Below, piece by piece: positions 19,643 to 31,800 of a stretch of DNA of 64,000 nt. Position 1 is the first letter of the stretch. Each line of letters opens with the position of its first letter. Made by a program: the position numbers and the translations under genes. Source of the DNA: Schizochytrium sp. TIO01 (Eukaryota; Protista; Bigyra: Labyrinthulomycetes); contig SMSO01000035.1 of NCBI GenBank assembly GCA_004764695.1, forward strand, positions 2,800,488 to 2,864,487, written 5' to 3'. A model generated the notes under the pieces. It was given only the letters and a program-made list of their open reading frames with translations. It had not been told where the DNA came from and searched no databases.

Positions 19643-20022
19643 ATGAAATTGTTGTCGTACCAGTAGTTCAGGTTAGTACGAGAGGAACCTTTGGACCGCA
19701 TCATTGGTAACGCGGTTGTCTGAAAAGTCAATGCCGCAAAGCTATCATGCGTTCGTTCAGGGCTGAACGCCTCTAAGTCCGAAACGATGCTGAAGGCGAT
19801 GATATTACATGCTTGATTAGTTACTACGAGTATCTATACAATAATTTTTGTAAACCGATTGAAACCAGTGCTGTCAAAATCAGCGCTTTCTCTCATCACA
19901 ATTTCAACGAATCAAGCAAGAGATCCTTTGTAGACGACTTAGCTTGGACGGGGTACTGTAAGCATGAGAGTAGGCCTTGCCCTACGATCTGCTGAGGTTT
20001 GGCCTTCGTTCCGTTGATCTGT
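16666..20022 (+). rRNA. 28S rRNA (unit 1)
   Basis: Contains GCTGAATTTAAGCATAT, GACCCGAAAGATGGTGAACTA and the sarcin-ricin loop AGTACGAGAGGAACC. Ends approximate. Confidence 0.99.
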
Positions 20023-20913
20023 TCTTTGTACTTTTTGTATAAAGTTTTTTCTTTCCTTTTTTTCAATTTTTTATTGTTGGTGACTCCCGGGATGAAGGTG
20101 TAGATGAATTGGGGATGAAGTTGTTCTTGGATATTTAATAATACTAGGGCAGGGAACATGGGTTGTTAGTGGGTTGGTAGAGGAAACAATAGGCTATTTT
20201 GAAAGGAGAACTAGATGAGGTGAGAAGTTGATAGTATGTTGCATAGAGTTTGGTATGGAAAGGTGGGGGCCTTGGAGTTGGATAGTATATTATTGGGAAG
20301 GTGATTAGGAGTGTTAGAGTTTAGATAAAGAAACGCAATTGTGACGAAGTAGAAAGGGAGTTTCATTAGTTCTTGCTATATTCTATTTGGAGTAAGTAAG
20401 GAACTGGTGGAGCTCCCTTTTTTATTTGTCAAAGGAATGGTTTTTTAAGTATTTTCTTTAAGCGAACCCCGGCAAGATCTAGAGGAAGCTTGGAAAAGTT
20501 GTCTTGGTTAGCATGTTCTTAATCAGAGGAAAGCGTTATCGGAGGTTCGTTTTATGTGTGGTGAGAATCGTAGCAAGTTTTTTATACCACGTGAATTAGG
20601 AGTGTCAAAACACTGGTATTCTTCCTTAGGAATCTCAGTTTGCCCAACGATAGTGCGTGTTACTCTTGGGTTGGGTTCGATCGCCTCAATCGGGTGATCC
20701 TATTTAATAATGATCGTTATATCTGATATTTTCTCAAAACCGTGGTCTAAGTTAAGCTGGAAACAAACTCCACAAACCAGTCGCAATTTTGTTACTGCGA
20801 AATGATAATTAATTGTGCCAAAGGAAATTGGGGTTACTAAACCTCAACTTATGTTGTGGAGTTATTCTTTGGGATGTTAATGTTGTATTATTGGGCCGTG
20901 AATAGTCCATTGA

Positions 20914-20992
20914 GCTGTGATGACCGAGCGGTTAAGGTGCCACGTTTAGGCCGTGGTCCGAAAGGACGTGGGTTCGAGTCCCACTCACAGTA
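20914..20992 (+). tRNA. tRNA-Leu(TAG)
   Basis: Acceptor GCTGTGA/TCACAGT, anticodon arm CCACG-tttaggc-CGTGG, long variable arm GTCCGAAAGGAC, T-arm GTGGGTTCGAGTCCCAC. Confidence 0.95.
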
Positions 20993-21085
20993 GAAGATTA
21001 AGAACAAGCTTTTGAAGCTTAAAGCCTGTCATTGCTAAACATTTAGTTAAAATGTGGTTTTACGCAACCTGCTGGGTAAAATCAA

Positions 21086-21156
21086 GCTTTCGTAGTTCAA
21101 TGGTAGAACGTCACGTTGTGGCCGTGACGACCGTGGTTCGATTCCGCGCGAAGGCA
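21086..21156 (+). tRNA. tRNA-His(GTG)
   Basis: Acceptor GCTTTCG/CGAAGGC, anticodon arm TCACG-ttgtggc-CGTGA, T-loop GGTTCGATTCC. Confidence 0.95.
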
Positions 21157-21931
21157 CTCACCTCAAGATTAGTGAGGTTAACATTTTTGTTGGTTTCTTT
21201 TCATACTGATACGCTTCATATCTTACGGTGTATTTTACTTAAAAGAGGGTACTTGATATACAAGTTCAATAAATGAAAGTTCAGTTCATTTTTTAATGAT
21301 TCTTTTTTCATACTGACAACTGATGTATTGAATGTTTTTAATGAATGTTTCAAAAATGGAAAAGCTATCCTTCAATGCTTGCTAGCTTGCAAACCAAAGG
21401 ATAGGAGACAGTATTCGGAAAGACACTACAGTCTGGCTGATTACGTTGGGGTTTAGAATTCTATGTACTACACAAGTACCTCCGGTTTGATCTACACTTC
21501 TGCAAGGCATCGCTGATTAAGCTAAACTTTCTTTGGCACTTGTTTCCTTGGCACTTGTTGAAGGCCTCTTCATTTTTATCGTAATAGTTCTATGATTTTG
21601 ATTTCTACAATTTGAATAATCGGTTCTGTTTTCCCTCGGATGTTTGAATTAGACTAATGTACAGTTATACGTTTGAGTGTACACAGTTTCAAACTAAGGT
21701 CTTGATGATTTGCTGTAAAAATAGTGCTGTGCTGTTTAAAACCATAGCCTTTTAAGAGAACATGGAGAATCGATTAGCTTACAAACAAATTTCACAAGGA
21801 TATAACAGGAATTTGGCTACTTCCTGTACGAGTTTCCGTGGTTTTGCTTTGGCAAAACTGAAACGCAGGTCAAGCATCTGATCCCACAGTTACTTTCTCT
21901 AAAACAAAAAGAAATACACTTTGGGTTCCAG

Positions 21932-22005
21932 AATCTCCGGCGGGACTTGAACCCACGATCTCCTGATTCGTAGTCAGGCACCTTATCCAACTTGGCCACG
22001 GAGAC
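21932..22005 (-). tRNA. tRNA-Arg(ACG)
   Basis: Reverse complement: GTCTCCGTGGCCAAGTTGGATAAGGTGCCTGACTACGAATCAGGAGATCGTGGGTTCAAGTCCCGCCGGAGATT. Confidence 0.95.
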
Positions 22006-23792
22006 AACTTGCTAAGTTAGAAGTGGGACTTGTTGCTGTCAAAGATATGTTTTCCTCACACTCTACCCTGACCCTGGGGGAACTTTATTGCACAAAAGTT
22101 TAAAGCTGACCGTTACTTTAAGCAAAATCAAATTTACATATTGGCATAAATATTTTGCACAAGGATGAAAAGTTTTGAAGCCCATTTTAGCTAACGACCC
22201 TTTTGCCCTCTACAAGGCACGTGGGCGTAAAGAAGCGAGGCACTACGCAATTATTGATTGAAAGTTCTTTTTAAATATTATAAACCTTCTCACTCGAAGG
22301 TTTATTTAATACCCCTTTTCCTGTAAATTAAAACAAATACTATAATAGAATTCTCAATGTTTTTATTTTATTTTATTTTATTTTAATAAAAGAGTGAACT
22401 AAATTTAATAAAATGGAAGTAAAAAAACAAACAATAAAACTTAAAACTTAAAACTTAAAAGAATGTTCTTCATTTTAAAACCGAAGAGCGGGGTCCGAAT
22501 AAAGCGATTCGTACTTTCATAAATTGGTCATTACAAATGTGTAAAATTGGTGAAGTGGAAAGAGAATGCCACCCAATACGGCGAAGTTGACCTTTGCTCA
22601 AGTTTACTGCAATGCCAGGTATCCCAATATATCTGTTGTGACAATATGTGGAGCAACGATTGTGATGAAGGTGTGTAGTAAAAAGGAATTCATGCTGCTT
22701 TATATAATTGAAACATGAAGATACTCATGAGGCGAGAACCTTTGTGATCTAAAATAGAAGAGTTAGTATCGAAATGTCCTCTCTGATTTGTTGGTCGCAC
22801 TGGGCCCAATGGTTGGTTACTGCGTATTGTATAATTGGATGCGACACTTTATGCAGCTTCACATTGTTACACTACTCTTCGATTCGGAATAACTGTATGT
22901 TAAGTTAACAACGATACTTATTTAAAGAACTTAATTGAAAAATTATATAAAGACAAATTAAATCAAAATTTATAGTTTCAATTAAATTTTAAAACTTATT
23001 TCAATAAATGTCTTTGTTTTAATTTCTATTATTATTTAAAGTGCTTTTTAATACTAATCATTCTATTAATAGTAAAGTGAATTGGTGGAGCATATCAAGA
23101 TGCCGTATCCCATCGAGAGTATTCATTGCAACGCTTTTCAACGTCAAAGACATATGTTCTCCTGCAACGTATTCTTCACGGTACCTCTTGGCATGAAGAC
23201 ACCGTATTCGCGTGGATTGCTTGTTCCCATCTTACGGTCATTAACTACACGATCAACAATTACATCACAAATTGTATACAAGGTGTTACTAATGCATAAT
23301 GGATGCTTCGTTGTTTTGAGCATAGTAATACGTAATGTACAAGAATAAAAACGTCCACTAGCGTTTGATCGATTATATTATTGTTTTGCTTCAAGCTTGG
23401 AAAGTAATGAACATTCAGATAGTCTAGATTTATTGCTGGAATTAAATGAAGCACCATCCCTCAGTGGTCCTTTCATATGATTCTTGCAAGAACAAGACAA
23501 TTTTCATTTCCTTCTCGTAAAGGACTGAAATATATTTGTAAACGTCGGAATTCACTGTGTGAGATCTTCCAGCCTCAGTAACTTCATCACACTTGCCATA
23601 ATAATTTAACTCCTTGTAGATATTTGAAACATTTCTTTACCACTTAACTAATCTACAAGAGATGTTTTACTTTTCTCTATCAGCAAGAGTACTGATAAGC
23701 ATGGAATGGATGCAGTTTTAAAATAGTTCAAGGTACGATCTAAAAAACACAAAAAAATACAAAAAACTCATTGTTTAATATTAAATTAAACT

Positions 23793-24010
23793 TTTTATTT
23801 TGAAAAGTTAAAGATTTTAAACCTAAAGTAAAAGTTTAACTATAACAAAACAATTTTATTTTCTGTTTTAATACATTTTTGTTTTAAATCTTTATAAGTT
23901 TAAAAGAGTTTAAACGTTTTATTTTGAAAAGTTAAAGATTTTAAACCTAAAGTAAAAGTTTAACTGAAACAAAACAATTGTTTTAAAATTCTGTTTTAAT
24001 ACATTTTTAT
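23793..24010. repeat. AT-rich tandem duplication, period about 124 bp
   Basis: ttttattttgaaaagttaaagattttaaacctaaagtaaaagtttaact occurs at ~23794 and ~23917. Confidence 0.8.
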
Positions 24011-27000
24011 TTTTAAAAAGAGTAAAATTATTTGCAATGGCAAATTTTAAATTGGCAGAAATTGTTGATGTAGCCTGAATGAGATCTTTTAGAGACTTAA
24101 CGAGTCTTAACGAGTTTGCTGCTGTACAAAATAGAGCATTTTCAGATAAAGGGTTGCACAATAGTATAGGCGCAGCTACTTAGACAGGTTATAAGCCGAC
24201 TTGCTATGTAGAAGCTCAATCCAAATGAAGCACTGGTGTGTAAACTTTCCGAAACCCATATTTTTTTAGCTCGTTAAGCATTTTCAAATTGGTTGTAAAG
24301 CTGCTCAACGTTGTTTGCTGCAGCATGCCTTCTAGGAATCACGTTTGTCTTTCAAAGTTCCGTGCTCAGAGCACTCTGCAGTATGGTGATGATGTAGATT
24401 TGTTCGACGGGAGGGCTCTGTCGAACAAAGAAATTATCAAAATTGTGCTTCCTTAGAGAGTAGACCTTTTGTATGACGTCATCTATCAAAAGAACATTAT
24501 CGGGGCCATTTCGCGAATGTTTTGGGCAGCCGCAACAACGTCAAGCTTTTGTTTTGCTGAGTCTCGTTCAAAAAGTTAAAAAAAAGTTGTTTTTGTTGGA
24601 GGCAAACTCAGTTTAAAATTCTCTCAAGTGTTGTACGTTCGATGAAGGCAAGTAATACAAATTTCCATAAGACTCTGAATCAACAATCGTGTAATATATA
24701 CAAATGATTTTCAGTGTAGTAGCAGAACTTAACAGCACGCCTGTATGGATTAGAGTATTTATTAAAAACGATATCATGGAGCTTGGTGCAAACGACAGAA
24801 CACCACAAAATATTTCTAAATAGCTTCGCGGACGTTCGAAATACGATATGTTGCAGCTTTTTCGAAGCAAGTCCTTTGGCAACCGGAAATACTAGTCAAA
24901 TATGTGGTAAGTACGCTTCGTGCATGCACATCAGATTACTTCGATAGCATCAACATAGAAAACCTGATTTGAAGGGGAAACAGTGCAATAAGGAATTGCA
25001 CAAAGAATCGCGAATTGAGAACTACCAGTTATTTTGTGACTAGTCCCTTTCATGGTTAAGAAAGGTCATTTGTTAATTTGGAGATGCCGCAAAGAGGAAC
25101 TCATAAAGGATTTCTTATTTCAAAAACGCATTTCGTGAGAGCACCCCCTAAAATATAAAGAAGCAGCTATCGAACGATTTGCAACTTAATCTTTGACAGT
25201 GATGTGTTTGGGAGAAAGCTGTGTGCAAAGGTCCAGTGAAGGAATCGCAGGCACTCATTTATTCGTCGCAACTGATATGTTTCAAAATACTTCAAAATTT
25301 GCAGTCATCGTACAGATTCGAAAGGAAAGAAGAAACTCTTTCTCCAGTTCAGTAGAAGATGCTGAGCGGTCAAAACATGCAATATCTTGCTTTGACGGTA
25401 GTGTAGGTAAAGTTGTTGCTGGGCAATCATTGTTCTCAACAGTAGAATTACAAGTTCTAATTTATTTGCTAAGGTTCTGTTAGTCCTAGTTAGACAATTC
25501 TTCAAATGAAGTTCTAGATAGATTAAACTCTAGTCTGTATTTTCATTTCTATAATGAAGTGCGGGAAGATCAAAAGGAAAAGCATCAGAACTTGAATCAA
25601 ATCATAGAGGACTGCTCTAGGCGCCCCGGCCGTGAGCAGGTAGACCATAGTGGGTGGTTCGCTTGGCCTTAGCAAAGATGCTGGGTTGACTACCTGCGCT
25701 TGTAGGTTGCTTCCGGTTCCTTCTGCTTTGCCTCCAAACGAACGAAGCTGATGAGATCACATCAACCTTGGCTCTGCGAGACTTGGACGAGGCTCGAGCT
25801 CCTGCCAGCACCGCTGCTTTGGCAAGATGGGTCTCTGTATCCGCCAGCGAGCACAGAGTTAAGTGAGAACCTTTGTTTCTAAATTATAGAAGGTGTTAGA
25901 AAGGTCTGTGAAACAAGTGAGGTCTTGTTGGAGAATCAGCTGTCCACCTGAAAGGAGGTCTGCCACCAAGCCTAAACCATGGCCTCTGGAGAAAGAAATC
26001 AATGCTGGGTCATAAGCCTGGTCATTCTCACTATGCGGCTATTTTGCTCGTTGGTATGTTTTTGTAAATTCGCCGCTGACTAGAGTAATGAACAATTATT
26101 CATAAACACGAGCGACTTCACGGGTCGCAAAAATATTCAAAGTGATCTGCACATTTTGGCCAGGACAATAGCATTGCGAGACTTTTTGAAAAAAAGATTT
26201 TTTTAATATGGTTCCTCTACAGTGTAGAACCTTTTACGACACAAGCAATTACCGCGGTGACCATTGCAAATGTTAAAAGTGGCCATGAACTTCGCAGTGC
26301 ATTTAATTGGTCCACATGTAGATGCCATTTTCCCGTATTGTTGTTCGCACTGAGCTGTGCACGAAAAGCAGTCAACTGTACATTGGAATTATACTGTTGC
26401 AACAATAACAACGTTCTGTTGAATTTTATGCTAGCTAAGTTATGGCTTTGGTTTATTGGTCTAATGAATATGTTCCTTGTAGTAGGTATCTGCCGAAGTA
26501 CCAATACCAACTTAGTTTAGGAAAAACGAAAAATAAAACGTCGTACATCACCAGATGGCCAAAGTTTCTCCTCTAAAAATCTAGATCAATTCAGGTCGCT
26601 GGATCATTGTAACAAAATTCTTGGTACCTGACTTTGTTTCGAAAAATAGTAAATTAAACACGGCTGTCTTCAGGGAAGCTACTGAAAATTTTATTTCCTC
26701 AAATCTGCTGCTGAAGGGTATCTTTAATATATACGACTTTTGTGCTGTTGCCTTAAGCTTGTCACCCAGGCAAAGGGAGAAGAGAAAAAGTGCAGCCTCG
26801 GGCAAGCGAATGGAGTATCAAATAAACAATATATCTCGATTGATTGCGGCGACGAGAATGATATTTGAAAAGCAAGTACGACCTTTTCTGTGGAACCTCT
26901 ATTTATTCTACCGAGATCTTAAATTTGTTCCATTCATTTGTTTCTGCAAGCGTACTTTCCAGAGAATGCAGTTACTGACCATGGCTTTCCTAAGTAGATC

Positions 27001-27266
27001 ACCGATTGATGCAAAGTAATTTCGATTCTTTATCTCTTTGTGCCTAACTTTTAATGCATTGCAAAAAATAGGATACATCAATTTTCAGATTCCCTATCAA
27101 TTTTTTTAATTCGGGAATGTTGATAGTAAGCCAACGTCACCAGTACGTATGTCAAAAATGAACAGATTAACCCCGCTTTGTGTGGAGAACTGATATCATT
27201 GCTCAATTATTAGTGATTCATATCAAAGTACCAAAAATGAGTGGTTTGGGAAAAAATTGCAAAAAG

Positions 27267-27385
27267 AACATTCAACACCGGGGCTTCGCATGCAGTCCCC
27301 TATCATACTACTGACCCGGCCCTACGCGACTTTACTTCTCAGTGCGAATGAGATGAGGTGTTACCCGCGTGGTATGATCGAATGT
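27267..27385 (-). rRNA. 5S rRNA
   Basis: Identical to the 6465-6583 copy, with a T-run terminator downstream. Confidence 0.95.
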
Positions 27386-28835
27386 GAACTGATAAGTCGA
27401 ACTCTAGCATTTATACTCCAGACCTCTATTTCATTCTATAAAAAGTAACAACGCAGAAAGTAGCTTTCCTTCGAGTCTCTCTGGCCTGCCATGAAGACAA
27501 AAGCTTCCTTGCAGGCTTTCTGTTACAGAGTGCTTTATTTGCCTTTGTTGAAATACAAGCTGATGCCGAGCAACAGTAAAGTTAGTGAGAAGGAAAACTG
27601 ACACCATGACTTCGCAAGGCTCAAAGGAACACCTTCATGACCAGATCATGGTGAAGCGTCAGTCAACATAGTGATGCGTCTATGTCAGGGAGGGAAGGGC
27701 ACAAAGCAAGCCTCAAAATGACAAGGCAATTCGACGAGATTCGTAAAGCTGTAGGTCCTCTACCCTCCTGGTTGAGTTGAAACACACGCATTTCGAGCAT
27801 TCGATTATTTATTCTGTGCATATTACAAATCGTGTGCATAGTCAAGAAATGCTTCATATTTCTTTCCCTAGCACGAAGTTATCCGCCATGATTGAGAATT
27901 CTAAAGCTGTCTTGCATAGGTTAATGGTTATAAGTAGTTGCTTTAGTCTAGTTTGCACAGTTTTAAATAAATACATTTAGAAAAAAAATGAATCTTTACA
28001 ATGTTCTTTAGTTGTGGTGTTCCGCATTATTGAGTTAATGCAGGTCAGAAAAAAAAAAAATAAAAATAAAAAAAATTGAAACTGGTATACTTGTTGTTTC
28101 TTGCATGGTTTGCCGTTCTGTGGTAGAAGGAAAGGTCACACTTGTTAACTTCAATATGTTCCTTTGCGTGTCCGAATCTCACCGATATAGTTCGACTCTC
28201 TCCTTCTGAAGATTCTTCCTTTCACAGATGCAAGATGTTCTACGTTCAGGATTAAGCTTGCATTTGTGTATTTCCTAGGAAACATCAAAGAGATAATTCC
28301 CCAAGCTGGAGACAAGAAAGAAAGTTACTGGGCGCTACTATTCCTAATGAGTTAATAATATCTCGTGTTACAAAGTTTACTATAACGAGAAGTGCGTATA
28401 AAAGCAAATGAAGAGACTAGCCAAGCACGGTTGTGCGCATTCTGTTTGGCTGTGTACTCACATGTGTCTCAACTGCTTTGAAACTGACTCGAACAGAATC
28501 CTTAATGTGTGTTTGTAGAACAAAACAATCTTCAGTGGGACACCATCACAGAGATCTCGTGGGAGAAGTAGACCGCTTAACACTTTCGTTGACACTCTCA
28601 GCACATGTTGCTTAAATATGTATGTTTCCCTCTTAGAGGTATATTGCAAGTTAGCGTGAGGCGATCACCAAGAGATAGTGTAGGTAGAGAAATGAAGGAA
28701 AAGAAAAGTTAGAATTAATATTCAGGAACTGCTGACAAGGCCCATTGTCAAAGTCTATGGGCAGAGAGCAGTTGCTTTTTTGCATTCTAGTCAACGGCGC
28801 TTAAGCAAAAGATAATCATTTAAAATTCGATTAGT

Positions 28836-31800
28836 TTATTCCAATCTAAAGTTTGCGCCAACAATATCTGGTGTTAGCAAAGGTGACAATAACTCTCTCA
28901 GAACGAGTCGAAGATTTCTATCCTGAATTTGTGCATTCCAGTACTCACGCAGACGTTCTGCGCGGAGCAACTGCCACGCCTCACGAACCTGCTCAAATGA
29001 ATCAGGAAAAAATGGATCTTGCCCAAGCTTTTTCAAGCAAGTTCTCACATGAGCATGACAAGCTCGTGAATTCTGAGAACTAAACTCAAGACACCAAGCG
29101 CAGAAGTGATGACCACAAGTATCAGTACCACACTTTACAGCGCAGCAACCGGCAAAATCGTGTACATATGCCTTACAGTTTGGACAACATGTGCTCAAGA
29201 TCTTCTCTTGAATATGGAGTAAATGCCGTTGTGCGTCGCGATTCTGTTCATCTGCACGCAAAACTTCTGCTATGCGCCTTTGGATCTCCTTCTCCGCCCA
29301 AACTGCTGCTTCATTTTCTGCCTTCATCTTCGCAATCAACAAAAGATGATTCAAAGCTGTTGGTGCAAGACGAGTGATTTCTTGACCTGATATTCTTCCC
29401 CCACATTCAGGTTTCATGCATGTCATCGTTCCATCAGCATCCACTCTTACGTTAGCAAGTGGCTGTGACGCCGCTTCTACTGCAGATTTGATACAGTCTC
29501 TGCAAAGGAAGTCTCCCTCCTCGCAGCTCGTGCCCTCGGAAAGCAGATGCTCCTCCATGCATACTAGACATATCTTGACAGGGATCTTAGGAGCTCCAAA
29601 AGCTTCATGTTGGAGTGCTTGGTGAGCAGTTGGACGCTGGCCAGGGTCTGTTGCTGTAAGAGCATCGATAAGTGTCTGCATTGCAGCGGTTCGCTCAGTA
29701 GGATACAGCTCCTTTAAGCTGATGCCCACAGAGTACATGTCCATCGCTGTTTCAAACCTATCTACAGGCCCATTCTGCAACTCGGGGGCAACGTACCGTG
29801 GCGTTGCCTGGAGTGATGTGTAAGTTGCAGTGTAGTCTGCAACCTTGATGCCGTCAAAGTCGCCGATCAATGGTGTCCCGTTGCTTGTGAGAAAAATGTT
29901 TTCTGGTTTGATATCACAATGCACAATGCCATGGGTATGCAAATCCGCCACACCGATAAGCAGGCCCATAGCAAGTCGGTCGCGCACTGCTTTGCCTTCG
30001 TTAGGATGACTCTCAATCCACTTGGCAAGGTCACCTTGCTCGTAGAAAGGCATGAGGATACATCCACGCGGTTCTCCATTAGAGGTATCCACAAAAGCGC
30101 CAGTGATACGTATCACGTGCTGAGACACCACGTTTCCCATATTTGCAGCTTGCCTGTAAAATATTTTGTGTTGGCTCGAATGGCCGAGTTGAAATTGTTT
30201 CAAAACCATAGTTTTACCAACGTTGTCAAGAACCTTTTGTACTCTCTTGCCACCTCTGGAAGCAAGGGGTTCGCGGACAGGCTTGAAGTCCGCGGCTGTG
30301 ACATTCGTTAACCAAAGGTCAGAACATGCTACTTCAAAAACACCCTCTGCACTTACGTGAAGCCTTTCCAGCCAGGCTCTATCTTGCAGCAACTCTGGAT
30401 AATGTTCCTGCGCGTGTTGCAGAGTCTCAGCAAGCTTATGACGAAAAGCTTTGCTAAGGTCGATAGGGTTGCCTTGAGAGAGAATGAGCTCTTGGTTTTT
30501 CATTCTATTTCTAAAATATGCTTGATCTTCCTCATCCAGGTCCTCAGCCACTAGTTCTGCTTCGGCGATTTTTAATCTTTCTGTGGCTTTCCTTGACTTG
30601 TCGAGTTTCTGGTATAATGCTTCAACATCTGAGACAGAAGGTTCTTTCAAACCCAGTACTACATAGTCATACAGTCCAGAGAGCTCTTCTGGTGCGCACT
30701 TGCTCGCTTCATTCAACGCAGCACTTTTAGAATATCCTTCAAATCGAGCAAATGTTACACTTATTGCGCAAAGTATTTCGGACAACTGGGCACGAAGTAT
30801 ATCTCCTTGTAGAGCTTCGATTTCTTCTTGAAGAGCACGCTCAAGTTCAGACAACTCCGGTTTTAGCTCCATGGCCTGCTCCGGTGTCCTCAGGGCAACC
30901 AATAATCCATCACCAAGCTTCAGCTCAGACAATCGAGAGATGACGCGCTTTACAGCTTGTTGGCTTCGTTCACCAATGTTGTTGGATTGTCCTTCTCCAC
31001 TCCTCTTATACTCTTCGACGCATTTGACAGCCTGAACAACGAGTTCTTGGCAGTGTTTAAAGTCATCTGTGCTGGTCTCTTCCGTGACTGGCGCAGGTTT
31101 GATATTTAGATGATCTACCAAACTTTCGACTTTCACTTTGAAATCTCGCCCTATATCTTCATCACTTTCGCAAAGTTTTGCGCGAACCCATGGGTACACA
31201 ACCTGCAAAAGCGAATGCAGGCGACTTCGTTCGGCGTTCCGCTTTTCGATGAGGCTGGACAAGCCATCAACAGAGCTTGCACGAATCTTGCCTTGTAGTG
31301 CGTCAAGACCCTCTTTGGAGTTCTTGATGTCAGCGGAAAGCTGTCGCAACTTCACTTGGCCAAAGTAGCCCTGGATCGCCGGTCCTACGAATTCCTCAAG
31401 CAAGGCAATCCCAGTCTGCAGGGAGTTTTCTCTGACCCCGCCTGGGTCCGCGCGCAAGTCCGAGACTTTTTTGGCAAGCTGCACCACATCAGCGAAACTC
31501 ACGCTCCCTCCATCCGGCCGTTCTCTGAGGTGGACAAAAAGACGTAAACAAACGAGCAAAGTGAAGACATTTGAAGCAGCAACAGAGGCAGAAGCAAAAG
31601 TTAGGATCTCCAAAATATCTCAACAACACAATTTGTGGAATGAATGATCACACGATCCCTAACAAAAAACGCATGAACTTACCCAGATATGTTCTCTCCA
31701 GGAGAACGCACCCTTTCGAACAATTCTTTAAAAGACAAATATACATCATAGAGACTGCGTCTTGTAAACGAATAAAAAAACGAACGAAAGAGAATAACAG

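Noticed and set aside
14502-20159. ORFs overlapping rRNA genes (also 48108-52269)
   Set aside because: Spurious frames within rRNA.
31525-31613. Hydrophobic N-terminus (signal or TM-like) of the 925-aa ORF
   Set aside because: It has a non-ATG start and lies in the predicted pyrimidine-rich intron ending at the cctcag acceptor (31525).
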